This document shows, in pieces, positions 38,592-51,479 of a stretch of DNA of 64,000 nucleotides. This DNA comes from Octopus sinensis. Taxonomy: Eukaryota. The stretch's first letter is position 1. Each line of letters begins with the position of its first letter. The position numbers were made by a program, and so were the translations under genes. The notes below the pieces were generated by a model. That model ran no database searches. It was not told the origin of the DNA and saw only the letters and a list, made by a program, of their open reading frames with translations. The stretch covers positions 83,638,001 to 83,702,000 of the forward strand of contig NC_042999.1 of NCBI RefSeq assembly GCF_006345805.1. Direction: 5' to 3'.

Positions 38592-38592
38592 A
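38385..38592. repeat. (TCTA)n microsatellite
   Basis: Directly visible. Confidence 0.97.
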
Positions 38593-38705
38593 ACGTTTCT
38601 TTTTATAGCGAGTTACAATATAAATAATTTTACATTAAATTCAATGATTACTCTATACTTATTGTAGACTTCGTATTTATTATACTTTTAAAAGAAATGT
38701 GATGT

Positions 38706-39260
38706 TAGTGATTTCGAAGTCACGACTTGCTAGCCTTTATCGAACTGTGGTATATTTGAGTAAATCTTTGATTTTTAGTCTCTGACAGGATTGTTGTCTC
38801 GGATAGATGAAAACGTGCTGAATGATAGTCAGGTTGTAGGGTAAGTTGTGATGAAAAAAATGGCATACAATGTTTTATTGCTTAAAGTTGGAATTGTATC
38901 ATTGTTCAGTCAAGTGTTTAAAATTTTGCAACCAGCTGTGTCTCTTTTAGGTGTACAACCTTCAGGTCGAAGGACTGATTTTTGGAAAGAAGAGGTTATT
39001 GTTCAGACTTCATTGAAGCATATAAAACATTGTCATCAGGTGTATCTATTTAGTTATGTCAGCTTCAGGTCTGGTTAGTATAGGAATTTGGTTATTTCGT
39101 CTATTGAGGTTTTGTAAAGGACGTAAGTGAAAAGTTTGGTTGGTCAGCTGATGTCTAACTAGGGTTAAATTGTTGGCATGTTATTGATTACTATTTCGAA
39201 ACTTTTAACCTTTGTGTTTTGGGAAGGTAAATGTAGTAGTGCTATAAATATTTATTCTGT
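38706..39260 (-). mobile_element. Degraded Penelope-like element: RT-like fragment with a dead hammerhead-like motif downstream
   Basis: Minus-strand YYIYLPKTQRL and IDTPDDNVL resemble the N-terminal part of PLE RT; 38706-38745 reads CGATAAA-GGCT(AGCA)AGTC-GTGA-CTTCGAAA-TC. Confidence 0.4.
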
Positions 39261-39439
39261 TATAAATATTTATTCAATTCAATTTCAAGTGTGATTGTTT
39301 GTAATCATATTTATAATATATTATCTGAAGCCTATGCATATAAGCAAATGTGGTCATCATATAAATATGTACATATACCTTTGTACAAATAAATACATAC
39401 TTACCCCTATATACATAAATACATTCATACAGTATCAAT

Positions 39440-39491
39440 ATATATATATACACATATGGAAGTATCTATACACACACGCACGCACACACAC

Positions 39492-39574
<83 letters not shown>

Positions 39575-39680
39575 TTATTTACACACACTTTGAAACCCAT
39601 ACATATAACTATAAACATACACCCGTAAAAATCTATGCAAATGCTAACCTGTGTTCGCACATAAAGTCACTCAAATACCT

Positions 39681-39727
<47 letters not shown>

Positions 39728-39858
39728 TCTGCGTCTATGATTAGCTTAGAATGATGTACCTCCGTATATATATATACATATATGTACGCACACGCACATA
39801 CACACGCATATATTCATAGTTATATATATATATATACACATAGAAACATCTAACTACC

Positions 39859-39892
<34 letters not shown>

Positions 39893-40050
39893 TATATATA
39901 TATATATAGATATATATATATATATATACACATATGGAAGTATCTATACACACACGCACGCACACACACATTTATATATATATATACACATATGGAAGTA
40001 TCTATACACACACGCACGCACACACACATTTATATATATATATATTAACA
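39440..40050 (+). repeat. Three copies of a ~58-bp unit within (TA)n
   Basis: catatggaagtatctatacacacacgcacgcacacacacattt starts at 39453, 39931 and 39989. Confidence 0.92.
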
Positions 40051-40629
40051 GTAAGTTATTTATATATGTATACGCTCATATATACATATACATGAGCACA
40101 CACAGATACACACACACATGCACACACACACGTACACACGCATATGCTTACACGGCCACAAACTCATGTAATATAAAGTCTTCTACGCGCTGTTAGGCAT
40201 ACAAACAAATACAATTTATATATATTCCTATGGATGCCACCAAGAAATTTATATAAAGATTATCCTGGTATTATTTGCTCAGATAGACAAATAGTACTTT
40301 TGGCGTTCCTATCTAAAAAAAAAAATATGCACATTCAAATACCAGATTGAGTCAAAAGTTCTTCGAATTTTCACAGATGATATTTAGTAACTTGTATCTT
40401 AATGATGTATCACCATTTTGTTACAATAAACACTTTTCATATGTAATTTTTAAAAAACTATTAATTAAAGCTTGAAACACGGAAAAACTTAAGACTCAAC
40501 CTAGTACTTATACATACGCATACCAGTTGTGTACTGGGTTGATATAATCGACTGGCCCCTTCCCCCAAATTTCGGGCCTTGGGCCTAGAGTAGGAAAGAA
40601 AAATAAATGCAAGATCTCAAATGTAGCAC

Positions 40630-40669
40630 GGTCTGATGAAGTTTAACCAGTCGAAACTTCGAAGTCATT
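40630..40669 (+). ncRNA. Degenerate minimal hammerhead motif
   Basis: GGT-CTGATGA-AGTTTAACCAGTC-GAAA-CTTCGAAG-TC-ATT: intact core, palindromic stem III (ACTTCGAAGT), GUC triplet, weak stems I and II. Confidence 0.5.
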
Positions 40670-40733
40670 ATGTATGTACGTGTGTATATATGTATCTTTA
40701 TGTATGTATGTTTGTATGTGTGTATGTATGTAT

Positions 40734-41244
40734 GTCAAAGGGCGGAGGAACTCTTGAGAGTCAACGGCCATCCAATAAATGTGTATTTTTTTAAGGCTTA
40801 AAGCTGTATCATGCGCAGGGACATAGAAATAATCGGACTGAATACCCGATCGCGCGGTTAAACCATTCGGAGTGAAGGACTCCTAGCGTTTGTTAGGGCA
40901 TCCTTCTAGGAGAAGGTAACTCAGGTAACTGGGATAACTCCGACATAAAACATGCGACTCAGTGGTTTCCGATGATATTGACTTGTTCTTCTTTTCGGAT
41001 TATGGCTGCTGTTGCTTAGTGAGTGGGTTTGACTCAGTGCACAGCCCTTCCTCACCATAAAAACCATATTCTTGCATAGGCATTGCACGATAGCAACATT
41101 GTTCATGATTGTTGATAGTGCTGTGAGTCTCAACTGAATAGCTGGCTGTAGTCTTAAAAAGCAAATAAAAGTCACATTCGATCTCAGCACCAATAACAGT
41201 TAAGCTTCGTGCAATGGCCACACTCGATAACGAGGGGGCAGCCA
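40734..41244 (+). mobile_element. Non-autonomous repeat resembling an RTE-clade 5' UTR, copy 2 (5'-truncated)
   Basis: Matches about 16070-16470, with the same 3' end ctcgataacgagggggcagcca followed by a microsatellite. Confidence 0.75.
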
Positions 41245-41245
41245 T

Positions 41246-41327
41246 TATGTATGTATGTATGTATGTATGTATGTATGTATGTATGTATGTATGCATGCAT
41301 GCATGCATGCATGATGCATGTATCTAC

Positions 41328-41409
<82 letters not shown>

Positions 41410-41520
41410 GTATGTCTGTGTGTATCTGTCTCTCCCTCTCTGTTTGTCTGTCTATCTGTCTCACTGTTTCTGTCTGCTTGTTTCTCTCTCTCTCTTTCTC
41501 CCTCCCTCTCTCTGTCTCTC
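41246..41520. repeat. (TATG)n/(TCTA)n/(CT)n microsatellites
   Basis: Directly visible. Confidence 0.95.
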
Positions 41521-42456
41521 TGTTTTTGTATGTAACTTTTTGAACTATCTACTAAAGCTTGAAATACGAAAAATGTGAGACTCAAAGTACTAATTACACC
41601 CATGCACACACACATTTATATATATACCATATAAATTCATATATATGAAACACAGGATCTATGTCTGTGTGCTTGTCATGTCGTTAAAACTCGAGATCCA
41701 CACAACCATGCCCTTCCTCCAAGGTCCATGGAGTGTCATGGGTGAAAGTAATTTTCAACTTCTTTTCTAATGCGGGCCCAGGGGCAGATAAACAGCATTT
41801 TAAAGCATCTTCGCGGCGTTAAGGGCCGTAACTTGAAAAGTATCAAGTTTCTCTCCTCTAAATGTGCAACACATATTTTATCAGGCTCCTCGAATTGCTG
41901 TTAACTAAAAAAAATTTCCGATGCGGACTATGCCGGCACCCCACCAACACTACCAAAAAAAAAAAAAAACACGCAGATTAATCAGATTTAGGTCATTGTC
42001 CGACGATAAAATAATGACACTACTTATGTATTATAAGTAGCGTATAATATTTCATGAAAACCTTTTTGTCCAATTTGGCAGATGACATGAGAAGAACATT
42101 AAACGTTTTGTCGGTGCCCTGTTGATACTTCATGTTACCATCACGTGCACCACCGGGCCATGTGCGTGTGTGCGCGGCTGGGTAAAGGCACAACAAACCC
42201 ATTCCTCCATTCTCCAAAAGTGCCCTATTGATGTTTCACGTTTCCAATCCTGCGCAACGCAGCATGGTCCGGCGGCATTTCTACTTTCTTTATCATCCAT
42301 GTCTGAATTATATAATACAAAATGTTCATACGAAAAAATATACTGCTGTTGTGGCTCATAACCATTTGAGTTTGACTGCGTGACCATTTCCGGAAGCTAC
42401 GCTCACCACCTGCAATTAGTGCCCCCACCCGTGTTCTCTCCCCCATTTAGTCGGAC

Positions 42457-42905
42457 GAGGGTGTCTCAAAATTAATGATGCATTTGTTTTAAAGACTCAC
42501 TTTTTTATGTTTGTCATGTTTAGTATGTGTTAAAATGTATGAATTTTGAATTTTGTTTATAATTTTGTTTTCATTCCTGTAGGACCCTTCTTATTTGTCC
42601 ATGACAGCTTTTTTTCCAATTTGGCAGCAATAATTTTCTTTACCTCTATCCCCAAGATGGAGCAATCGTTTAGCTGAGCTTAAAGAACACATTCAGTTAG
42701 CAGTGCAGGAGATAGCTCCTGAAATGCTTAAAAAGGAGAGATTTGAAGTATGCAGGGATACAGACATGTCGAAAATTTTCAATAAAAGTTTGACATGAGA
42801 TTTATAAATATATTTGTTTTGGTAATATACATAAAATTCTGTCAGTTTTTGTTTTTAAGTTTGCTCAGTTTCATTGAAACAGATAATTAATTCTGGAACA
42901 CCCTG
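42457..42905 (+). mobile_element. Internally deleted Tc1/mariner-superfamily element
   Basis: Imperfect TIRs AGGGTGT(CT/TC)CA(A/G)AATTAAT; C-terminal remnant ELKEHIQLAVQEIAPEMLK; TA at the right end. Confidence 0.6.
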
Positions 42906-43021
42906 TATGGTGTAGCGTTGTTAGTTGTTGCGCTGCTCGAGTAAATATTAAAATCAAAGGTCTTCTTCCTATAAACATCCCATCTTTTTGTTAAGGATAT
43001 TGTATCAAGGAGTATATTATC

Positions 43022-43575
43022 CAAAATGTATTTCTCCTTTATAGGCGTGGCTGTGTGGTTGAGAAGCTTGCTTTCCAATCATGTCGCATTGGGTTCAATC
43101 TCACTGTATGGCCATTGGGCAATTCTTTTTCATAGCAGTTCCGTGCCGACCAAAGCCTTGTGTATTATATAATTGTTATTATTGTATTGATATATAAAAT
43201 AACACTTACAACTCACTTATTATTGTCATATAATAAAAAGAAGTTCGTGTATGAAATTGATCCTTTTTCTACTTTAATTATTACATGTTTTTTTCTTATA
43301 ATATACACACGCACGGGTGGAGTAAATCTCTATATATAATAGCACTTTGAATGTGGCTCCCGAGAAAGAGTAAATGTAATTATCCGATCAACGACGAGTA
43401 TTACTGCTACTTAATGTAGACATATATATGACGGGCTTCTTTCAGTTTCCGTCTACCATATCCACTCACAAGGCTTTTATCGGTTCGAAGTTATGGTAGA
43501 AGACACCTGCTTAAGGTGCCACGCAGTGGGACTGAACCCAGAAGCACGTGGTTGGGAAGCAAGCTTCTTACCATC
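43022..43575. mobile_element. Two SINE family A 5' halves in inverted orientation (43022-43165 plus, 43427-43575 minus)
   Basis: Heads gtggctgtgtggttgagaagcttgct and the reverse-complement gtaagaagcttgcttcccaaccacg. Confidence 0.8.
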
Positions 43576-44170
43576 CTGTCATGCTATGGAGAAAGGAAGT
43601 ATTCTCTGTGTAAGAGTCGGTGTTGTCGGATGTGGCGGTCGATTTATAGAAAGAATATAGCTGACAAGAAAAGCAAACATTATGGCAAATCTCAGTCGAT
43701 AGGATGAAAGAGAGGAAAAGATCCGTCGACAGTCAACACTTCAACACTCACAGTAGATAACGCAATTTGATTATAAGATACCGATCCAAGAGATAAGAGG
43801 AAGTTACAGATCAGAACTAGCAAGTTTCGATAGGAGAATCGAATACAACGCACAGCTGAAACTTTTGATTTCGAGCAATAATGTGACATGCAATCATATC
43901 GAAGGCAACAACATTGCTTTCAGAATTTCAGAATTCCTCCAATACGAGCGCCCACTGGTGTTTAATAAAGAACCATATCAGTGGATATAGTTTGCATTAA
44001 AAAACTACTGCTGGTTTTAAAGATAAAAGAGAGATAGAGAGAGAGGAAGAAAAGAGAGAGAGAGAGGGGGGGAGAAGGTAGACAGAAAGATGGAGAGAGG
44101 TCAGTACCCTTTATCACTTTTGTGAACTCTATTAATTTTGCCGTTGAGTTCTAATTGCTAATAAGCCACA

Positions 44171-44244
<74 letters not shown>

Positions 44245-44246
<2 letters not shown>

Positions 44247-44430
44247 GTTAATCCAAACAAGAAAACAGAAAAAAACACAGCAACGCGAGGACGTGGAACA
44301 ATTAAAGTATTATTTGACGCTCAGGAAAGAAGGTAAGGAGGGTTTAACGTTTCGAGCGGAGCTCTTCGTCGGAAACAAGGAGAAAGAAAGATCCCGAGAA
44401 AGGAAGACAGAGGAAAAAAATATTTTTGCT
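44245..44430 (-). mobile_element. Short Penelope-pLTR-like repeat carrying a hammerhead-like variant
   Basis: 44341-44376 minus reads GTTT-CCGACGA-A-GAGC(TCC)GCTC-GAAA-CG-TTA-AAC; follows a (TA)n tract. Confidence 0.45.
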
Positions 44431-44499
44431 GGTGGTGCTCAAGAGATCACATGTTATATATATATATATAATTTTTGCCTTTTTTCCTTGTTTAGTTAT

Positions 44500-44641
44500 T
44501 TCACTGTGACCGTACTAAGGAGCCACTGAGTTGAACAATTCGACCCCATGCTATTTTAGTCCGGCGCCTATTGTAGCTACATTACGGAGAGGCAAACAAG
44601 CCAGCACCCTTCGTTAAGTGGTGGTGGCAGACATGCACTCA

Positions 44642-44692
<51 letters not shown>

Positions 44693-44850
44693 CCACGCAC
44701 ACACACACATATACACTCAAACACACACACACACACAGCATTGCTTCTCACGCGCTACGGTAGAAAACAGCTGTGCAAGTTACCATGCAGTGGGACTGAA
44801 CCGGAGACCACGTGTTTCTAAGGTAAATTTATTAAGCACAGAAGCCTTTG
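44500..44850 (-). mobile_element. Degraded SINE family A
   Basis: Central (CA)n and gtgggactgaaccggagaccacgtg head remnant. Confidence 0.7.
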
Positions 44851-44851
44851 C

Positions 44852-44882
<31 letters not shown>

Positions 44883-45129
44883 ATATATATATACATGCAT
44901 ACATATCTATCAATCTATTTGTCTGTCTATCTCTCACTCTTTTTCTATATATGTATATACACACACAAATATACATACGCACACATACACACACGCGCAT
45001 ACACACGAAACATAGATATATATTTAAATCTTAATCTGTAAAAATATCTGTGCTTTTATGATTGCTTATCTGCAAATGTGTTGTCTCTGTATGTGCACAC
45101 ATGTCTCAGTCTCGCATCCCTTACTCAAC

Positions 45130-45406
45130 AAGTGTGTGCGTATGTGTAGTGTATGTGTGTGTGTGTGGTTGTGTGTGTGTGTGTGTGGTTGTGTGTGTGT
45201 GTGTGTGTGTGGTTGTGTGTGTGTGTGTGTGTGTGTAGTGTATGTGTGCGCGCGCGTGTGTGTGTGTGTACGCAAGCAAATAGATACAAATGTCTATATA
45301 TATGGATGTGTACATTCATACATGTGTATACACTCAGAAACAACATACAAACATATAAAAGCTTCTGGAATGTTCCTATAATATACCTGCACGTATACAC
45401 ACACAC

Positions 45407-45502
<96 letters not shown>

Positions 45503-45657
45503 TACATGCATAAATACATATATGTATATACATATATATATACACACACACTTCAGAAATATTTATATGTATGGATGCATGCATCTATGATTGTATGTAT
45601 GCATGTATGTATATATGTATGTATGTATGCATGTATATCTATATATATATATATAAT

Positions 45658-45699
<42 letters not shown>

Positions 45700-45735
45700 A
45701 TATATACATATATATTATATATATATATGTGAAAT
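45130..45735. repeat. Compound (TG)n/(CA)n/(TA)n microsatellites
   Basis: Directly visible. Confidence 0.95.
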
Positions 45736-46153
45736 TACAGAGATTTCTACTTCCACTTAAAAACATACACACCTACATTTTCCTAATACATATATGGGAA
45801 TAATTAAATTTAGTATAATTAACATAAATGAATATGCATAAGGGTAATGTGTTTTGGCAAAACTCTTTACCTATTTCTGAAATATATTGTTGTTGTTGTT
45901 GTTCTTGCTGTTGTTGTTATTGTTTTTGCTGTTTTATTTCTGTTGTTATTGTTATGCTGTATTACTGTATTGTCGTCTTGTCTTTCAGTGTTGTTATTGC
46001 TATTTTTGTTTCTGCTGCTTTCTCTCAGAAGTAAATTGAATAAATACATAAATATTTTAGATTGTTTATTCGAAATAACATGTGTAAAGTTGTGTGTATA
46101 TGCCTCAAACTGTGCCTAATGTATAAGTGTTTGGATGTGTATGTAAATGGACA

Positions 46154-46196
<43 letters not shown>

Positions 46197-46671
46197 GTGA
46201 GTACGTCTTAATAAGTTAGATACTTCTTAACTCTTCTTTTTCTTCATGCAAGCACTATCGTTTTTGGACACACACATACACTTGTTTGTATGTGTGAATA
46301 TATGCTTGTTCTTATCTATCTGCTTATCTTTCGGTCTTTCTACCGATCTATAATCACAAGAAGGAGTGTTGTTTAATGGATAATCGAATATGTATGCAGG
46401 TTCGATCCTTTAGTCGAGCCATTATATTTTAATTTTATTTTTCGGGATCACTGAACCGATCTGCCTTCTAGGTAGCAGAAACAGAAATAAGTCAGGGACA
46501 AAGGGATGTAAAACTGCCACTTGTAATAGAATATGAGCAAACGTGGAACGTTGGCAAAGGCAAACAACATTCAATATAGGAGCATTGTTAGGAGACAAAG
46601 CAATATGAGAATATTAAATAAGTTTCATATCTACCATATTTCAGAACTCCTAATTTGTTTTGCAATGAAAG

Positions 46672-46714
<43 letters not shown>

Positions 46715-47021
46715 GAGAGAGAAACATATACACCAAACATATAGTGAAATTACATCCGTGTTTGTATGCGTGTGCTATTTATATTTTCTGTACCTATAAT
46801 TTTATTAATATATGATACAATTATACGTACCTGAATGTAGATCAACATAAGTGTATACCTATGTATGCTATATCGATTTTATTGTATGAAGGAATTTTAG
46901 AACATTTTTTTTAACGTTTTATTTATTTTTCTGGGGGTTTTCTTTTCTTTTTTTTTGTTTTTTAAGTATTTTCACATTCATTACTTTTTCTAATTTTAGA
47001 CCCTCTGTAACCGCCGCGCCC

Positions 47022-47285
47022 AAATGTTCTTCCTTTCTTTCTTTCTTCCTTTCTTTCTTTCTTTTTTCCTTCTTTCTTTCTTTCTTTCCGTCCTTCTTTC
47101 TTTCTGCTTCCTCCCAATCTACTTCTATATCATCATCAGCATCATAATCATCATCATAATTATCATCATCTTTCTTCTTCTTCTTCTTCTTCTTCTTCTT
47201 CTTCTTCTTCTTCTTCTTCTTCTTCTTCTTCTTCTCTTCTTCTTCTTCTTCTTCACCACTTTCTTCACCACCTTCTTCATTTTCT
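47022..47285. repeat. (TTTC)n/(ATC)n/(TTC)n tracts
   Basis: Directly visible. Confidence 0.95.
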
Positions 47286-48102
47286 TTTCCCCCTTCAATT
47301 TAGTTATATAATTATTTTGCTGTCGTTATCATCATTGACCACGACTTAAATGCATATCTTTAAAATGATTATTCCAGTTTGAGTATGACGATCAGAAATG
47401 TGAAGCTCAGTTTATGGACTTTTCAGCTCCAATTTCCCTCGATTTTAGAGCTGAGTACTTATTTCTCTCCTCCTGTTCATCCTCTTGTGTTGTGACATTT
47501 ACACAAGCACGGACACGCATGCACACACACACATGCATACGTATGTGCAATGTGCGTGTGTATGTATCTATTGTATCTATATGGAGAATGGTATAACCAT
47601 CAAAAATATATCCACGGTATTTAAGATCTCAGTTCATAACAGGCCATTAAAATTCAACACATTTTTATATTGCAGTAATTCCAGATAAGACGGTTTGATG
47701 TGTGTTTATAAATGACCTAAAATGATCTTATAAAGCAACATCCATAGAATTGAAGCAGAACAGCAAAATTTTAACATTTTGCTCATACTTTAATAATTTA
47801 TACACGAATTGTGCCCAACAGCTGTTTCATTCGGATAAACAACATTAATTCCACACTTAATGAATTTGAATTAAATTGATTTAAAATAAATTTTATTTAA
47901 AACCGCATTTACTCAAATCATCAGGAGTATTATGCGTTCTGCTAATCAGAAAACCGCTTCGGCTTTTGATGATTTGGATAAACATAGCATTTAAATAATT
48001 TAATTCAAATTAATTATGCATTGCAATAACGTAATTATGGAACTAATGATGGTTATTCTAATGAAATTGCATTTGAGCACAAGCCACCATTGCAATTACC
48101 TA

Positions 48103-49342
48103 CGAGGGTGGGTTGAAAAGTTCATAGGCTGACGATGAAGGAAGGATGCTAGATCTGTGAAAGCTTGCTTGCATTAATTTCAATATCTTGTTAATAACTG
48201 CATTGTTTCTTTCCAAATAAACTTATATCTGACTGTTCAAAGAAGATTTCTAAAGTAACTAGTAGCAACATCTCATGAAAATGGACAAAATTTGGTATTG
48301 TGGTGTTATCAATTACATGTAGAAAAAAGTTTTAGCGCCCAAGGACATTCATGCTGCTATGGTTGCTACATTAGATGACGCTCTAACTTTTTAAACAGTG
48401 CAAAAAGGGAAGGAAGGAAGAGTGTTGAAGATGACCCAAGGATTGGACTCCTGAAACTGCCACCACCAAGGAAAACATTGATCGTGCTCATCACATGTTG
48501 ATGGATGACAGGTGATTGACTATAAACCAAATAGTCAATGCTATTAGCACATTCCTTGAGAGAGTTGAGAATATTCTGCACAATGAACGTGACATGACAA
48601 AGGTTTGAACTCGGTGGGTGCCACGTCTTCTGACACCTGATCAATAATGAACCAGGCTGTGATCACATCACAGGAAAATCTGACATTGTTTGAAGCAGAT
48701 CCAGCTGGTTTCCTGGAGCCTAGGATTAGTGTTGAGTTGATCACTTTGAGCCAAAGACAAAGCGACAATACAAGCAGTGAAACCTTCCTCTTTACCTACT
48801 CCAAAGAAAGCCAAGGTAGTTTTATCTGCAGGGAAGCCGATGGGCTCAGATTTTGGGGAAGCAAAAGGCATTGTGTTTATTGACTATCTTTAAAAGGGCT
48901 ACACCATAAATGGAGAGAACTATGCTAACTTGCTAAGAAAATTACAAAAGGCTATCAATACCAAACGTCCAAGAAAACTGATGCTCCAACAAAACAATGC
49001 TCCAATATATAAGTTCTTGGTTCTTGGTTTCAAAAGCTGATATGCATGACTTTGGCTTTGAACTGTTGAACACCAATCCTATTCTCCTGATTTGATCCCA
49101 TCTGACTACCACCTGTTCACTAACATGAAAAAGCATTTAGCTGGGAACTAGTATTGCTGTGACGATGCCGTCATACCTGCTGCTGATGACTGTTTTGAAC
49201 AACATAGTGAAAGGTTCTTCACTAATGGGATTCAAGAACTGCAATATCGATGGAAGGGGGGCTACATTGAAAAATAAACCTTATTTGGTCACATTCCATA
49301 CGAGTATCTTAATGAATCTATGAACTTTTCAGCCGACCGTCG
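48103..49342 (+). mobile_element. Full-length decayed mariner (DD34D-type) transposon
   Basis: Imperfect TIRs CGAGGGTGGGTTGAAAAGTTCATAG and CGACGGTCGGCTGAAAAGTTCATAG flanked by TA. Transposase about 48275-49277 with WVPRLLT and YSPDLIPSDYHLF; many stops. Confidence 0.92.
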
Positions 49343-49399
49343 TATATAACATATACCATCAATTTCATTAAGGGCAACTCGTTTCCTAATCAATTGAGA

Positions 49400-50330
49400 T
49401 ATAACTTTTCCGTAATTTCTATAACTTATTTCAGTCATTTGACGCCTCTGTAAGTACCTCTCTCGAAGTGCTTTAGTTACCTTTCAGCAATTTGCATATG
49501 TGCTACTATGTCAGTCATTGGGTATGTAATCTTTTACAACTTAAATGACTATACGGGTGACTAACCAGTATTATCCTACGCCAGATATTTTATGCACCTT
49601 AGCGGTAATTCTCGATAGACTAGAAGCCTTATCTGAATTCATATCTTTAATTCCTGCATCCATAATACTGCTAACAACTTGAATGGCTGATAATAAACGG
49701 ATACATATTGGGTAATATGCAATTTCCACCTTTTACAGGTAGTTCATCCGTGTCTCTTTCATTTGAATGTCAGTAAGAACAAATATGTTATTATCCAGCT
49801 TTACACACTCCTCTCCTACAATGTCTGTATTCTCTTTGGTACACTGCCTTGCAATCCGGAACATTTTATGCTTCTGATTCTAATGTCGTAGAAAAACTGA
49901 ACCTCTTACATTTTGCTTCTCTCCTTGCTAAATACACATGTTTTCTAAGCTTACTTCTAGCTACTTGCTATAGTTCTCTACCCCCACTATTTGTTCAGTT
50001 TTTCCAAACCGATTTCTTTGCTTTTATGGATCTGTATACATTACTACTCGACCAACACGTCGCATTCGGTCTGACAGAGACCTTTTACCAACCAAACTCT
50101 CATTTGTCCTGCCTGCTATAAGCCTCCGTCTCCCATTCACCAAAATGCTTCAATTAATACATTTTAAATCTTTGGGATGCTCAGTGGATCTTTAAGCTTC
50201 CAAATTTTCTTTCTCATCTCTTTCTTTATTCAGTAATTTATTAATCCATTTACAACTTTCTATGACATTAAGAACCACAATTATTTTGGTCATTTTGGTC
50301 CATAACCTTGTCTTTCAATGTCGAGAATTC
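49400..50330 (-). mobile_element. Degraded RTE-clade LINE fragment (endonuclease-RT linker to start of RT)
   Basis: Minus-strand AIKAKKSVWK..GGREL*QVARSKLRKHVYLARREA and KHFERGTYRGVK resemble the RTE linker and the NYRG.KLL motif. Confidence 0.65.
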
Positions 50331-50339
50331 AGTCATCTA

Positions 50340-50960
50340 CTTTATTTTTCGTGGATTTTGAGACATCTTTATATCGAAATTCAATTAATTCCATAATTTG
50401 TTCTTCAGCTGAGGCAAAGCTGTAATTAAATGGCACTATCAGCCGCAGTTTTACTTCAAATGAATATAATTCAGAGAATCTTTTGTTTATGTCACTTTTT
50501 AGGGATAATAAGTGTCCAGAACATGTTTCAGTTCCATTTTGTTTCCAGAAGAAAAAAGGTATCTGCTATTTCAAGCACGCCAGGAAATATTCTTTAGGTA
50601 AATTTTCTTAAAAATTTTTCAATTTTTCAGGAAATGCTTTCAGTCAAGTACGGTAATGAAATTTCCTTGAAATTGAAATAGTATCCCATTAAATATCCTA
50701 GATATTTAATTATTGTTAGTTTTATTATTTCTTTAGTGATATCTCTATCCACTTTTATTTCTTGAAAATTAACAATGCTCTCAAAAAGTCCGTATACAAC
50801 TTGCTAAGTAATTTCCTTCGGGTAACCATCTGATTTCCGTACGTAAAAGAAGTCATACATGCTGTTCTCATGATTATGACAATATTTCCTGAACAGGTTT
50901 GAGAGGCAAACCTATAATCAATGATATTACGAAGAGGTGTTAAAAAGCTGCATGCCACCA
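50340..50960 (-). mobile_element. Possible degraded hAT (SPIN/GTF2IRD2-like) transposase C-terminal fragment
   Basis: HLLSLKSDINKRFSEL...VPFNY...EQIMELIEF resembles L..EF..RF.D....PF...QMELI. Confidence 0.5.
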
Positions 50961-51055
50961 GTGCATCACGAAAGGCCTGGCTAGAGGCTTAGAAAAACTG
51001 AAGGATCGCTGCAATAAGTGTGTGAATTTGAGAGGCGAATATGTTGAATAAAATC

Positions 51056-51475
51056 ATAGGTGCAGGAATGGCTGTCTGGTAAGTAGCTTGCTTATCAACC
51101 ACATGGTTCCGAGTTCAGTCCCACTGCGGGGCAACTTGGGAAAGTATCTTCTACTATTGCCTCGGGCCGACCAAAGCCTTGTGAGTGGATTTGGGAGACG
51201 GAAACTGAAAGAAGCATGTCGTATATATATATATATATATTTGTATGTATGTATGTATGTATGTGTGCGTGTGTATGTGTGTTTGCGTGTCTGTGTTTGT
51301 CCACACACCATCACTTGACGACCGATGTTGATGTGTTTACGTCCCTGTAACTTAGCGGTTCGGCAAAAGAGACCGATAGAATAAGTACTAGGCTTACAAA
51401 GAATAAGTCCTGTTGACAAAAGTGGTGCTCCATCATGGCCGCAGTCAAATGACTGAAACAAATAAAAGAGTAACT
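51056..51475 (+). mobile_element. Full-length SINE family A
   Basis: Same pattern as 9161-9604. Confidence 0.92.
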
Positions 51476-51479
51476 GATC

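Noticed and set aside
42020-42446. Several short ORFs in a GC-richer patch
   Set aside because: Only weak resemblance to the start of an RTE RT (EWRNGFVVPLP, KVFMK); too fragmentary to call.
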